NCBI GenBank assembly: GCA_046160805.1
Contig: JBJXHF010000057.1
Span: 43,432 to 107,431 of the forward strand
Reading direction: 5' to 3'
DNA from: Pyrinomonadaceae bacterium
GTDB taxonomy: Bacteria > Acidobacteriota > Blastocatellia > Pyrinomonadales > Pyrinomonadaceae
Length of the DNA stretch: 64,000 nucleotides
In this document: positions 33,915-43,242 of the stretch, piece by piece
Numbering within the stretch: the first letter of the stretch is position 1
How the letters are laid out: the number at the start of each line of letters is the position of its first letter
Program-made: the position numbers and the translations under genes
The notes under the pieces: generated by a model
What the model was told of the DNA's origin: nothing
Databases searched by the model: none
What the model saw: the letters and a program-made list of their open reading frames with translations, nothing else

Positions 33915-36200
33915 ATGGCGACTTCAGCAGATACTGACACAAAAGCGGCCAAAGGCGCGGCGGCGGGGAAGAACGGCAAGTCCGTCGTGGCCGAAAAGGC
34001 GAAAACGACCGAGGCCGACGGCTATATTGAAGCTGAGAAGGTTCAAAAAACGGCAAAGGCCGAAACGCCGGATTCCGTTAGCACGACGGCAAGGGCCAAG
34101 CGTGATCGTCACGGCCTTGATGAAAAGACGCTGGTCGGGCTTTATCGGACGATGTATCTGTCGCGGCGGATCGACGACAAAGAGATCCAGCTAAAGAACC
34201 AGAACAAGATATTTTTCCAGATTTCGGGAGCAGGCCACGAAGGCATCCTTGCCGCCGCGGCTTTGGCGATGAAGCCGGCTTACGACTGGTTCTTTCCGTA
34301 TTATCGCGACCGCGCTCTGATGCTCGGGCTTGGGATGACGGCACAGGAGATGCTTTATTCCGCAGTCGGCGCCGAAGTTGACCCGAACTCGCATGGGCGG
34401 CAGATGCCTTCGCATTGGGGGCACAAGGATTTGAATGTGCCTTCGCAATCATCCTGCACCGGCTCGCAGGCTCTGCACTCGGTCGGTGCTGCTGAGGCCG
34501 GCTATCGCGCATCGCTTGTAAAGGAATTGCAGGACAAAGTCGTCGGCTTCAAAGGCGATGAGGTCGTCTATATGTCGGTCGGCGACGGCACGACCAGCGA
34601 GGGCGAGTGGTGGGAAGCTCTGAACACCGCCAGTAACCTAAAACTGCCTGTAATATTCCTCGTCGAGGACAACGGCTACGCTATTTCGACTCCGGTCGAG
34701 GTCGGCACTGCGGGCGGCGATATTTCAAAACTTGTCGCCGGTTTTCCTGATCTTTACATTCAAAAATGCGACGGTACCGACCCGCTCGAATCATACGGAA
34801 CGTTCAAACGTGCGGTTGATTATTGCCGTGCGCGAAAAGGGCCGGCGTTTGTTCACGCAAAGTGTATTCGTCCCTATTCGCATTCGCTTTCGGATGACGA
34901 AAAACTCTATCGCCCTGACGAAGAGCGTCAGGCCGACGCCGCGACCGATCCGATCAAGAAATACGCCGAATTCCTGATGACCGAGGAAATTGCGTCATCC
35001 GAACAGCTTGAGGCTCTTAGAAAAGAGGTCGATGACGAGGTCAACAAGGCTGCCGACATCGCTATTGAAACGCCGCAGCCCGAAGGACCGACTGCTTTGC
35101 GAAATGTCTTTTCTCCCGACGTCGATCCGACCGACCGAGCGTTGTTCGACACCGAGGACGGCGCGGAACTCTCAGGCAACGCCGGCACCATGGTCGATCT
35201 CATCAACCGCTGCATGCACGAGGAGATGGAGCGCGACCCGCGAATTGTCGTCTTTGGCGAGGACGTTGCCGACTGCTCACGTGAAGAATATCTTGAACAG
35301 GTCAAAGGCAAAGGCGGCGTGTTTAAGGTCACGGCGAATTTGCAAAGAAAATTCGGCTCAGCTCGCGTTTTCAATTCGCCGCTCGCCGAAGCGAACATCG
35401 TTGGTCGCGCAGTCGGCATGGCAATTCGCGGGCTAAAACCGGTCGTCGAGATACAATTTTTCGATTACATCTTCCCTGCGTTTCACCAGATACGCAACGA
35501 GGTCGCCGTGACACGCTGGCGTTCAGATGGTGACACTAAATGCCCAATGGTTCTACGCGTTCCGGTCGGCGGTTATCTGAAAGGCGGCGCTGTTTATCAC
35601 TCGCAATCCGGCACGACGCTCTTTTCGCACACGCCCGGACTGATGATCGTTTATCCTTCGACAGCGCTCGACGCAAACGGCTTGTTAAGAACCGCGATCC
35701 GCTGCGACGATCCGGTTTTGTTCCTTGAGCACAAACATCTGTACCGCCAGATTTATAACAAGTCGCAATATCCATCGAATGAATTCCTAATTCCATTCGG
35801 CAAAGCTAAAACCGTCCGTGAAGGCACCGACGTGTCGATAATCACATACGGCGCGCTGGTCGAGCGCTCAAACCAGGCCGCCAAACGCCTTGAACAGCAA
35901 GGCATCTCGGTCGAGATTATCGATCTGCGCACGCTGGTGCCCTACGACTGGGAAGCGGTAGCCGAATCCGTCAAAAAAACCTCACGCGTCATCGTCGCCC
36001 ACGAAGACCCGATCTCCTACGGCTACGGCGCCGAGATCGCGGCCCGAATCTCCGACGAGCTTTTCGAACACCTCGACGCCCCCGTCCGCCGCGTCGGCGC
36101 CACCGACACCTTCGTCGGCTACGCCCCGCAACTCGAAGATTTCATCCTTCCGCAGTCCGAGGATGTCGAGAAAGCCGTGCAGGAATTGATGAAATATTGA
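33915..36200 (+). CDS. 2-oxoacid (branched-chain type) dehydrogenase E1 component, fused alpha and beta subunits
   Basis: 761 aa. The alpha part carries the TPP-binding region ([15 protein letters not shown]). The beta part has FGEDV...GGVFKVT...[14 protein letters not shown] and a C-terminal transketolase-like domain. Confidence 0.88.
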   Translation: MATSADTDTKAAKGAAAGKNGKSVVAEKAKTTEADGYIEAEKVQKTAKAETPDSVSTTARAKRDRHGLDEKTLVGLYRTMYLSRRIDDKEIQLKNQNKIFFQISGAGHEGILAAAALAMKPAYDWFFPYYRDRALMLGLGMTAQEMLYSAVGAEVDPNSHGRQMPSHWGHKDLNVPSQSSCTGSQALHSVGAAEAGYRASLVKELQDKVVGFKGDEVVYMSVGDGTTSEGEWWEALNTASNLKLPVIFLVEDNGYAISTPVEVGTAGGDISKLVAGFPDLYIQKCDGTDPLESYGTFKRAVDYCRARKGPAFVHAKCIRPYSHSLSDDEKLYRPDEERQADAATDPIKKYAEFLMTEEIASSEQLEALRKEVDDEVNKAADIAIETPQPEGPTALRNVFSPDVDPTDRALFDTEDGAELSGNAGTMVDLINRCMHEEMERDPRIVVFGEDVADCSREEYLEQVKGKGGVFKVTANLQRKFGSARVFNSPLAEANIVGRAVGMAIRGLKPVVEIQFFDYIFPAFHQIRNEVAVTRWRSDGDTKCPMVLRVPVGGYLKGGAVYHSQSGTTLFSHTPGLMIVYPSTALDANGLLRTAIRCDDPVLFLEHKHLYRQIYNKSQYPSNEFLIPFGKAKTVREGTDVSIITYGALVERSNQAAKRLEQQGISVEIIDLRTLVPYDWEAVAESVKKTSRVIVAHEDPISYGYGAEIAARISDELFEHLDAPVRRVGATDTFVGYAPQLEDFILPQSEDVEKAVQELMKY

Positions 36201-36201
36201 T

Positions 36202-36462
36202 ATGCCTTATGTATCGTTTTTCTTCGGGATCATTATTCGGATGTTTCACAACGACCATAATCCGCCGCATTTTCATGCAGAGTATCAAGGACAGAAAGCA
36301 AAGTTTGACCTTGATGGTAATATCATAAAAGGCAGAATGAAGTCGCGAACGGCGAAGTCGCTTATAAAGAAATGGGCCAAATTGCACAAAGACGAGCTAA
36401 TGGGAAATTGGACACGAGCACAAAAGCTCGGCGAGATTCACAAGATCGACCCGCTCGATTAG
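36202..36462 (+). CDS. DUF4160 domain protein
   Basis: FFFGIIIRMFHNDHNPPHFHAEYQG is the DUF4160 signature. It starts 1 nt after the E1 stop. Confidence 0.85.
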   Translation: MPYVSFFFGIIIRMFHNDHNPPHFHAEYQGQKAKFDLDGNIIKGRMKSRTAKSLIKKWAKLHKDELMGNWTRAQKLGEIHKIDPLD

Positions 36463-36470
36463 ATGCCAGG

Positions 36471-36719
36471 ATGAAAAATTACATGCCGGTCGTCATCGAC
36501 GCTCATTACATCTCGGACTACAAGATCCATGTCGTGTTCAATAACGGCGAAGAACGGATTGCGGACTTTTCAAAATGGGGCTTGGGAATTGGCGTTTATA
36601 AACTACTCAAGGATAAAAAATATTTCAAAACATTTTTCGTCGACGGTTGGACTATCTCTTGGCCTAATGGCGCGGATATCGCACCCGAAACACTTTACGA
36701 AGAAAGCGAGCCGGTCTGA
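36471..36719 (+). CDS. DUF2442 domain protein
   Basis: MKNYMPVVIDAHYISDYKIHVVFNNGEERIADFS... is a DUF2442-type sequence and a common partner of DUF4160. The start is taken at the internal ATG at 36471. Confidence 0.8.
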   Translation: MKNYMPVVIDAHYISDYKIHVVFNNGEERIADFSKWGLGIGVYKLLKDKKYFKTFFVDGWTISWPNGADIAPETLYEESEPV

Positions 36720-36752
36720 TCTGTGTCGCTCACGAGCAGAGGAAGAAATAAA

Positions 36753-37301
36753 ATGAAGAAAAGCAAAGTCACATTGATTATGGCTATATCGCTGATAGTA
36801 TATTCCGCTGGTTTTGGACAGTCAGCGTCCGCACCGCCAAAGCCTGGCCCGGAACATGCCAAGTTGGGTGTCTTAGTTGGTAATTGGGTAACGGAAGGGG
36901 AGTCCATGAAAACTTCATTCGGCTCGCCGGAAAAATTCTCAGGTAAGATCGTGAGCGAGTGGATGCCCGGTCATTTTGCCATTGTTCGTCATGTCGACGG
37001 CAAATGGAGCGTAGGTGGAGAAGTGCATTCACTCGAAGTAATCACTTACGATGCCGGCGCGAAAGCTTACAATTGGTACAGTTTTGATAGTAAGGGGACG
37101 ACTCTAGTGGGCAAGACGTTTATCGAGGGTGACACGCTTACAGCCATTTGGGAATTCGCTGTTAACGGAAAGTTTTATAGAGTCAGAGGCACGCTAAAAG
37201 GCCTGGGCTCAGACAAACTTATTTGGGCACAGGAATACTCAGACGACGGTAAAACCTGGAAAGCGCATTACCGCTCGACAGACGCGAAATCAAAGCCCTG
37301 A
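36753..37301 (+). CDS. secreted hypothetical protein (DUF1579-like)
   Basis: Signal peptide MKKSKVTLIMAISLIVYSAGFGQSASA. The mature part (HAKLGVLVGNWVTEGE...W..G.F) resembles DUF1579. Confidence 0.55.
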   Translation: MKKSKVTLIMAISLIVYSAGFGQSASAPPKPGPEHAKLGVLVGNWVTEGESMKTSFGSPEKFSGKIVSEWMPGHFAIVRHVDGKWSVGGEVHSLEVITYDAGAKAYNWYSFDSKGTTLVGKTFIEGDTLTAIWEFAVNGKFYRVRGTLKGLGSDKLIWAQEYSDDGKTWKAHYRSTDAKSKP

Positions 37302-37305
37302 GAAA

Positions 37306-38121
37306 TCATTCCACTGGCATGGGCGGCCAGTTTCTTCGATAAACTCCGGTCGCCAAACGCTCAGCAAAGCCTTCGTCAACGAGTTCGTGATTAGCCTTTC
37401 CTGATTCCCAGCGTTGGAAGCCGAATTTGCCTGAGAGTTCACCGAGGAGGGTCATGCCGCACATTTGTAGATACGTTCGGGCGAGTTCACGGACCGCGTC
37501 TTCGCGTTTCATTTTAATTTTTAGCTCTTCGGGAAAGCGCGCTTCGGCGAGGGTCCAGATGTAGGTGAATTTTGGGGCGTAGAGGACTTGCTGCGGGACG
37601 ACTTTCATTCGGCGTTGGAGTTCGTCGAGGGCGTTTGTGTGGTCTTTTTTTTCTTTGAAGCCGCACGCTTCGCGGAGGTCGGCGGTGGCCATTTCCCATT
37701 CTTTGCGGAGGACTTTTAAAACAACACGAGCATTTTTTGAGAGGATGCCTGCTTCGCCACGTCGCGAGCAGCCCCAGATCGAGTTGAAGATCGGGATCAT
37801 ACGCGGGGCGAGGAACCAGGATTTGCCTTTGATGAGTTTTCCGTAATAGAGCTTGCCGCGCTCGATCACTTCGTCCTTTAGCACCCATGCGCGGCTGGCT
37901 TCGTAGTCCTTCTGAACGTTTCGCGGCATGTGAGCGTCGCGTCGGCCGCAGACGGCGATATATACCGACGGCAAGTTTGTCCGCGAATCGGTAAGGCCGA
38001 GGCAAAACCCGAGTTCCTCGACCATCGCTTCGACCTCTTCGGCGGTGTCAATCTTGAGCGACTCCTCGCGCCGCCATTTGCGGTCGCGGTATTGTTCGAT
38101 CTCTTCGGGCAGAGTTTTCAC
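37306..38121 (-). CDS. hypothetical protein (possibly winged-helix / AlkZ-YcaQ-like)
   Basis: 271-aa ORF with coding-like composition. No diagnostic motif recognised. Confidence 0.5.
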   Translation of the reverse strand: MKTLPEEIEQYRDRKWRREESLKIDTAEEVEAMVEELGFCLGLTDSRTNLPSVYIAVCGRRDAHMPRNVQKDYEASRAWVLKDEVIERGKLYYGKLIKGKSWFLAPRMIPIFNSIWGCSRRGEAGILSKNARVVLKVLRKEWEMATADLREACGFKEKKDHTNALDELQRRMKVVPQQVLYAPKFTYIWTLAEARFPEELKIKMKREDAVRELARTYLQMCGMTLLGELSGKFGFQRWESGKANHELVDEGFAERLATGVYRRNWPPMPVE

Positions 38122-38130
38122 GAGGATTAT

Positions 38131-38169
38131 TTTGCCACAGAGAGCACAGAGAACACAGAGAAGAAAAAA
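38131..38169. repeat. solo arm of Family-2 repeat (CCACAGAGAGCACAGAGAACACAGAG)
   Basis: Near-identical to the left arm at 46816-46845. No matching right arm is present. Confidence 0.85.
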
Positions 38170-38189
38170 GGGCAGCCGAAAGACTGCCC
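38163..38189 (-). terminator. intrinsic terminator downstream of the 38237-39835 gene
   Basis: The minus strand reads GGGCAG-TCTTTCGG-CTGCCC followed by TTTTTT. Confidence 0.7.
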
Positions 38190-38236
38190 AAACTATTTTT
38201 CCTATCTGCGTTTTTCCGCGTAAATCTGCGGCCGAA

Positions 38237-39835
38237 TTATCTTGGTCCTGAATTCACCGGCGATGAGGACTGCACGGTTATAGTCGTGCCGGGCATGAGG
38301 CGGATGTCGTCTTTGCCGGTTACGATAACCGAGCCTGCACCTGCTCCGCCGCCGATCACAGCGCCTATCGCCGCTCCTTTACCTCCGCCAATGATCGCTC
38401 CCAAAATTGCTCCGGCTCCGGCTCCGATGCCGCCGCGTTTGGCGGTTTCCTTTGTTTGGCTGCTGCCTTTGGCGGTGCCTTCGTTGTCGATCTTGACTGT
38501 TTTGCCGGTAGAATCCTTGATGCTTTGCAGGTTGCCGGCAAAGTCATACGTCTGGCCGTTTCGCAAAGTTATGCGCTCGAAATTGAACGTGACGTTCGAC
38601 TGACCGGTCACCTTGCCGGAGCGGCCTACGCCGGAAATGTAACCTTCGACAACCGCGCCGCGAAATTCGATCGGCGACTGCACGGTCATGCGGAAACGGT
38701 CGTTATTTTGCGACACGTTTGTATTGACCTCGTTATCGAGAATGCCGGTGATCATGACGCCGTTCGGCACGACGAAATTGCCGGGCCGACCCGTTACGAT
38801 ATTCGGAGCGCCCCCGCTGGAAACATTGCCCTGTTGATCGTTGTCCGAATAACCGCCGGTCGGGTCCGTGTTGTTTTGATTCGGGTCGATTCCGAGGCGT
38901 GCTACCGAATCGGTCTTGTTATAAACGCTCTCGGCGATGACGGTTTGGTTTAGATAATCGGTCGTGATGCGGCGAGAGACCTTCATCGCGCGGCCGTTGC
39001 TGAGAGATGTAAATGTGATCGTGTAGTCGGTGTCGCCGCCGCGGCTGGAAATTATCAGATTTGTTCCGCTGAGAGTTGCGCGAACGCGTATCGTTTGGCC
39101 GGTTGACGAGCGCTCGGTTTTATCGCGGCCATCTGCGGTGAATGTAACCGGCGACGCTTTTGAGGAAGCAAGCGTGACTTGCGTGCCGCGAATGTCTATC
39201 GCGATCTGACCCGGCGCTTCGAGTTTCTCTTTCAGATCCTCGCGCTGGTCGGTGCCGAGACGAGTGTCGGCGACGATGTCGTCAATATTTTCGCTACGAG
39301 CCATGTCGAGATCATACGTGCCGGACAAGCCAACGCTCACCGTGTTATTTCGAACCGGCGGGTCGGGATAACTTTGAATTCCTTCGGGCGCGGAGGTGTT
39401 CCAGTTCGGCGTTATGCCGTAGTTCGCACCGAGACGCTCGATCTGCCGCTTAACGCCTGCCCAGTCGTCCTCGACAAGCCGGTTCTGCGGATTTGCGCGC
39501 AAAAATTCGTTCATCGCTCTCGCGGCATCGACGATCTTGTTTACATCGTCGCGATTTTCGCGGCGGCGGTTGAGGTTATCTTCGAACTCGCGCACGCTGT
39601 CGCGCAAAACATTAGCTTTGTCCAGAAAATCGGCGACCATCTGGTTCTTCGACGAGATGGTTTGCATTTGATATCTTGCGTTCTGCTCAAAATCGTCGAT
39701 CCTCGAATTGAGACTGCGCAATGCGTCGCGAACCTCACGATCGCTCCGCCGCTGAGCGTCAGCGAAACCTGCCAAACCAAGCAGCATCGACACCAACAAA
39801 AACGAAAGCGAAAAACCTGTTTTCAATTTGTTCAT
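38237..39835 (-). CDS. secreted hypothetical protein with C-terminal glycine-zipper
   Basis: The start is taken at MNKLKTGFSLSFLLVSMLLGLAGFADA (signal peptide). The C-terminus GGIGAGAGAILGAIIGGGKGAAIGAVIGGGAGAG is a glycine-zipper motif. Confidence 0.7.
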   Translation of the reverse strand: MNKLKTGFSLSFLLVSMLLGLAGFADAQRRSDREVRDALRSLNSRIDDFEQNARYQMQTISSKNQMVADFLDKANVLRDSVREFEDNLNRRRENRDDVNKIVDAARAMNEFLRANPQNRLVEDDWAGVKRQIERLGANYGITPNWNTSAPEGIQSYPDPPVRNNTVSVGLSGTYDLDMARSENIDDIVADTRLGTDQREDLKEKLEAPGQIAIDIRGTQVTLASSKASPVTFTADGRDKTERSSTGQTIRVRATLSGTNLIISSRGGDTDYTITFTSLSNGRAMKVSRRITTDYLNQTVIAESVYNKTDSVARLGIDPNQNNTDPTGGYSDNDQQGNVSSGGAPNIVTGRPGNFVVPNGVMITGILDNEVNTNVSQNNDRFRMTVQSPIEFRGAVVEGYISGVGRSGKVTGQSNVTFNFERITLRNGQTYDFAGNLQSIKDSTGKTVKIDNEGTAKGSSQTKETAKRGGIGAGAGAILGAIIGGGKGAAIGAVIGGGAGAGSVIVTGKDDIRLMPGTTITVQSSSPVNSGPR

Positions 39836-39975
39836 ATTTTCTTCACCATTGACGCCCGAATCGGGCGCTTTCCTACCGCATTTTTGAAGCATTTTTAATG
39901 CCAATGGTTGTTTCGGAATGAGAGAGAACCCGCCGCGAGTATGCTAAAATCTGCGCTGGGCCTTACCGAAAATCT

Positions 39976-40401
39976 ATGGCAGTAAATGAATACAAAGCGA
40001 CCGTAAAGTATGCAGGCGACGAATTCTTCATCGGCACGCCTCCGAGCGGCCACGCCCAAGTTATTGATGTAAAAGGAGATAGACACGCCGCCCCAAACCC
40101 GGTTGAGATGCTTTTAGTCTCCGTCGCCGCTTGCACCGCCGCCGACGTTATTTCGATATTACAAAAAAAACGCCAGAACGTAACCTCTTATAATGTCGAG
40201 ATATCAGGCGAGCGTAAAGAAGACCATCCGCGAGCCTTTATCAAGTTCCACGTCCACCATATCGTGCACGGCCACAACGTTTCCGAAAAAGCCCTCGCCG
40301 ACGCTATTGAATTGTCCGACACAAAATACTGCTCCGTCGCCGCCACTGTCCGCCCGACGGCCGAGATTACGACGAGTTTTGAGATAATCGAAGCGCAATA
40401 A
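39976..40401 (+). CDS. osmC: OsmC family peroxiredoxin-like protein
   Basis: 141 aa. The PNPVEMLLVSVAACTA and YCSVAATV cysteine motifs are typical of OsmC/Ohr. Confidence 0.85.
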   Translation: MAVNEYKATVKYAGDEFFIGTPPSGHAQVIDVKGDRHAAPNPVEMLLVSVAACTAADVISILQKKRQNVTSYNVEISGERKEDHPRAFIKFHVHHIVHGHNVSEKALADAIELSDTKYCSVAATVRPTAEITTSFEIIEAQ

Positions 40402-40680
40402 GCCATTTCTGAGGCAAAGATCCCAACAAAACCCCTCTTGAGTTACGCATTCTGATGCTCAGATCGACGTTTATTGCCCTTTACGTACACGACTTTTGCA
40501 TCCGACGCAAAAAATTCGACATCCTCAATGCCTTTACAAGCGGCACTGAAAAGGCACCGCCACAGCTCGCGTCTTCAACCGTGTCTATCCCTTCGCCGAT
40601 CGTTGCCGCGATTGCTGTGGCCTTCGCAAGCTTAGATTTGCATTTGGTTTCGTGTCGCCGTGCCGTTTAAGGTTTGTCTC

Positions 40681-40895
40681 AAGTCCGCTTCGCGGACGAA
40701 AGAGTAAAGCTATATGCGTAAGCATGTAGTCAGTTCGAAAAAATGTAAACAGCCCGTTTGCGGGCGACAGAGCTTTTGCCTACATTACAAATGTCTTGCA
40801 ATACCTCTGTCGCCTGCAAGCAGGCTGTGACTGTCTTTCCGGTTACTCCACGCTTACGCGTGGAGCTAAATTCTACTGCCCGCAAACGGGCTAAA
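40681..40895. repeat. composite hairpin-repeat cluster (modules shared with 17378-17530)
   Basis: Contains AAGTCCGCTTCGCGGAC..GTAAAGCTATATGCGTAAGCATGTAG, GCCCGTTTGCGGGCGACAGA-N40-CTCTGTCGCCTGCAAGCAGGC, CTCCACGCTTACGCGTGGAG and GCCCGCAAACGGGC hairpins. Confidence 0.85.
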
Positions 40896-40947
40896 AATCC
40901 AAGTTTTTGACACTCTCTGAACGGCATGGCCAAATTTGTCGAAACTG

Positions 40948-40999
40948 AACCATTACAATGGTTGCCATCTTGACTATGCAACATACCTGCATTTATGCT
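40948..40999 (+). promoter_or_regulatory. putative promoter with upstream 7-2-7 palindrome for paralog B
   Basis: AACCATT-AC-AATGGTT (40948-40963), TTGACT (40970-40975), an 18-nt spacer, then TATGCT (40994-40999). A strong SD AAGGAGG lies before the ATG at 41028. Confidence 0.45.
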
Positions 41000-41027
41000 A
41001 CAATAGCAAAAAAAGGAGGTTAGATTT

Positions 41028-41468
41028 ATGAAAGCAGATTGGCAGGAATGTCCGCGCGGCGATGTTACGGGGCAATGGGCGGCGTTGTATGTGACGATGA
41101 ATAAAAAGGGCAATATTGCTCTGAGCGGCAAAACGTTTCAGAAGCTCGGCGAGCCCAACGCAGTAAACTTACTTTTCGACGCGGTGAACAACCGCATCGG
41201 CCTGAAACCGGCCGCCCCCACGACCCGCAACGCCTTCCCCGTCGCAAAACAAGGCCGTCACGGCGGCAAGATAGTGCGAGCCTATCGGCTCATGCAGGAA
41301 TACGGCATAAACCTGCCCGAAACGATCCATTTCCGCGACGCCGAAATCGACCACGACGGCATCCTGATACTCGATCTAAGAACGGCGAAGGTTTCGTCTC
41401 GCGCCCTCGGCCAGGGAAAAAGCCGCTCTAATTTAATGAACGCCTCGCCACGCGAAGCAAAGGCTTAG
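41028..41468 (+). CDS. small AbrB/SpoVT-like hypothetical protein, paralog B
   Basis: 146 aa. Homologous to 14528-14926 (see that entry). Strong SD. Confidence 0.7.
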   Translation: MKADWQECPRGDVTGQWAALYVTMNKKGNIALSGKTFQKLGEPNAVNLLFDAVNNRIGLKPAAPTTRNAFPVAKQGRHGGKIVRAYRLMQEYGINLPETIHFRDAEIDHDGILILDLRTAKVSSRALGQGKSRSNLMNASPREAKA

Positions 41469-41784
41469 CTCTCAATGCTGAATAATTCTGCTCGGCTCTG
41501 CCGATCTATTTGCGGCGAAGCTCCACTTCGCCGTTGCGAACTCCACTTACTTTGCGGCTCCGCCGCCGGCGGCATCCCGCATAAAGCGGCACATAGCTAC
41601 GTCCTTCAGAGCGTGGTTAGCAATGGATAAATAAACACTAGCCCGTTTTAACGGGCTTACAATAAGACAGCTCAAGCAAAGAAAAAAGGACTATAAATCG
41701 CCCTCGAATTTATTTTGCGAATGATGACCACGCCGTGAACAACGTGGCTATTTGCCATTCGGGATTTGTCGCCGAACCGAGTTC

Positions 41785-42528
41785 TTAATAGCCAGACTTT
41801 GCATAAGCGTCTGGAACAGCTCTTTTCATAGATGCCAATCGTGAGCGAGCATCATTCTTTGAGAAAGGACCAACTACGACGGCATATAGGCTGCCTCTAA
41901 AACCAGGATAGTTGTCTGTATCGACAATCGATGCCTCGATTCCGAGACCTTGCACATATTTCAACCGTAGATTAGCACGTTCCGATTGGGCTTTCGGAAA
42001 AGAGCCAAGAACAATAAACCAAGTGCCGCCCAGTGCGGCTGGAGGCCGTTCAGTGCTGGGAGGGTTTTGCGTCTTACTTGCGTCTAGCCTCCGCCGCTCG
42101 TCCGCCAATTTCTGTCGTTCTTGTTCCAAGGCGTCCTGTTGAGCCTTTAGGTTGGTATTTAGATCGGGGGCTTGGGAGTTAGAAATATTTGATGGTCGCG
42201 GCTCGTTTGCAGGTAAGTTTTGAACGCCAGACATTAACCAGAATATAAGCCCGCCACCTAAGAGCAATGCGAGGAAGCCGATTAGAAAATACGCAAATAG
42301 AGGGTTGACGCCATTTGAAACGAGTTGCTCGGTTTGCTTAATTTCGGTCGGTTGCGTCGAGTAAGGGGGCTTTAAGACGAGGGTTTCTTCAGCAGCAGCA
42401 GCCGACCGGTCGATCGCGATTGTCTCGTCCGAGACGTACGGCATTCGTGCCAGGCCGGTACCATCGGAAAGGCAGAAGTTTAAAGTATCATCGGCGTAAA
42501 CTTGCTTGCAAAGCGGACACTCTTTCAT
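41785..42528 (-). CDS. SPOR domain membrane protein with N-terminal zinc-ribbon-like motif
   Basis: MKECPLCKQVY..NFCLSDG, one TM segment (FAYFLIGFLALLLGGGLIFWL), a coiled-coil, and a C-terminal SPOR-like WFIVLGSF......A......L...G.EA.IV......YAVVVGPF. Confidence 0.8.
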   Translation of the reverse strand: MKECPLCKQVYADDTLNFCLSDGTGLARMPYVSDETIAIDRSAAAAEETLVLKPPYSTQPTEIKQTEQLVSNGVNPLFAYFLIGFLALLLGGGLIFWLMSGVQNLPANEPRPSNISNSQAPDLNTNLKAQQDALEQERQKLADERRRLDASKTQNPPSTERPPAALGGTWFIVLGSFPKAQSERANLRLKYVQGLGIEASIVDTDNYPGFRGSLYAVVVGPFSKNDARSRLASMKRAVPDAYAKSGY

Positions 42529-42540
42529 CGACGTAAATTA

Positions 42541-42759
42541 CTACGCAGCAAACTCAAAAATCGGTGTTTCAATAGTTTTCTTCGGTTTTTTGCCCGTGAG
42601 GATGATTTTTTGTAGGCGGTTAACTGTTTCGGGTGCGAAGAACTCTTCGCCGGTTTCTACGCAAACTCTCGCGGGAACATTTTCGATGATGTAGAATTTT
42701 CCGTCTCTTTCGAGTGTGTAAGTGACTCGCGCTTCATTCATTGTCATTTCTTTCTTCAT
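42541..42759 (-). CDS. YgiT/MqsA-N-like small protein lacking the zinc cysteines (putative antitoxin)
   Basis: RVTYTLERDGKFYIIENVPARVCVETGEEFFAPETV follows the YgiT-type pattern, but the CxxC pairs are missing. Alternative starts at 42747 and 42741 would remove the overlap with the upstream gene. Confidence 0.6.
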   Translation of the reverse strand: MKKEMTMNEARVTYTLERDGKFYIIENVPARVCVETGEEFFAPETVNRLQKIILTGKKPKKTIETPIFEFAA

Positions 42760-43063
42760 AGTCTAACCTTCGTTTTGCTCGCCGTCTCGACCGAAAATCA
42801 ATCCAAAGATTCTCATCCGGCTCGTATAGGGTAACCACCTTCACTATCTCGCGTGCGCCCGACGTGCATTGTGCGTGTATCGGGCGTCCCGCTTTCGTAA
42901 ATCCGAGTATCAGGCAACTCGGCCCATATTTGTCATCGGGATAATCCTCGATAATAATTCCATTTTCAACTGATTCGCGAAATTCGACAAGGGAAATGTT
43001 TCTCAAGATACTTTGATCGACGGCATGTTTCGAGAATTCATAATGCCCATCAGCAACCTTCAA
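42734..43063 (-). CDS. DUF4258 domain protein (putative toxin)
   Basis: FSKHAVDQSILRNISLVEFRESVENGIIIEDYPDDKYGPSCLILGFT..GRPIH..C......VKVVTLYEPD fits DUF4258. Confidence 0.8.
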   Translation of the reverse strand: MKVADGHYEFSKHAVDQSILRNISLVEFRESVENGIIIEDYPDDKYGPSCLILGFTKAGRPIHAQCTSGAREIVKVVTLYEPDENLWIDFRSRRRAKRRLDYEERNDNE

Positions 43064-43242
43064 AGCGAATAGCGTCTATCATCCGATGAGAATTATACAG
43101 CAAAAAAGCTTCAGCGTGTGCCGAGCTGCGGTTTTGGGTTGTTCCGTTGCGGTTTAGGGATCAGGTGAATGCTATTTTCTTACGCACGGTTTTCTTGTAT
43201 CTTAATTAAAGGATTTACGGTCTTTTTTCGGGAGGTTTCGAG

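Noticed and set aside
40402-40680. Possible gene remnant downstream of osmC (the minus-strand frame reads ..IAATIGEGIDTVEDASCGGAFSVPLVKAL..)
   Set aside because: It has no start codon, no recognisable family and no ORF of 60 aa or more on that strand. I could not support a call.
40730-41131. 133-aa minus-strand ORF across the repeat cluster and the paralog B start
   Set aside because: It spans hairpin repeats and the strong SD and start of the plus-strand gene. It has no coding-like features.
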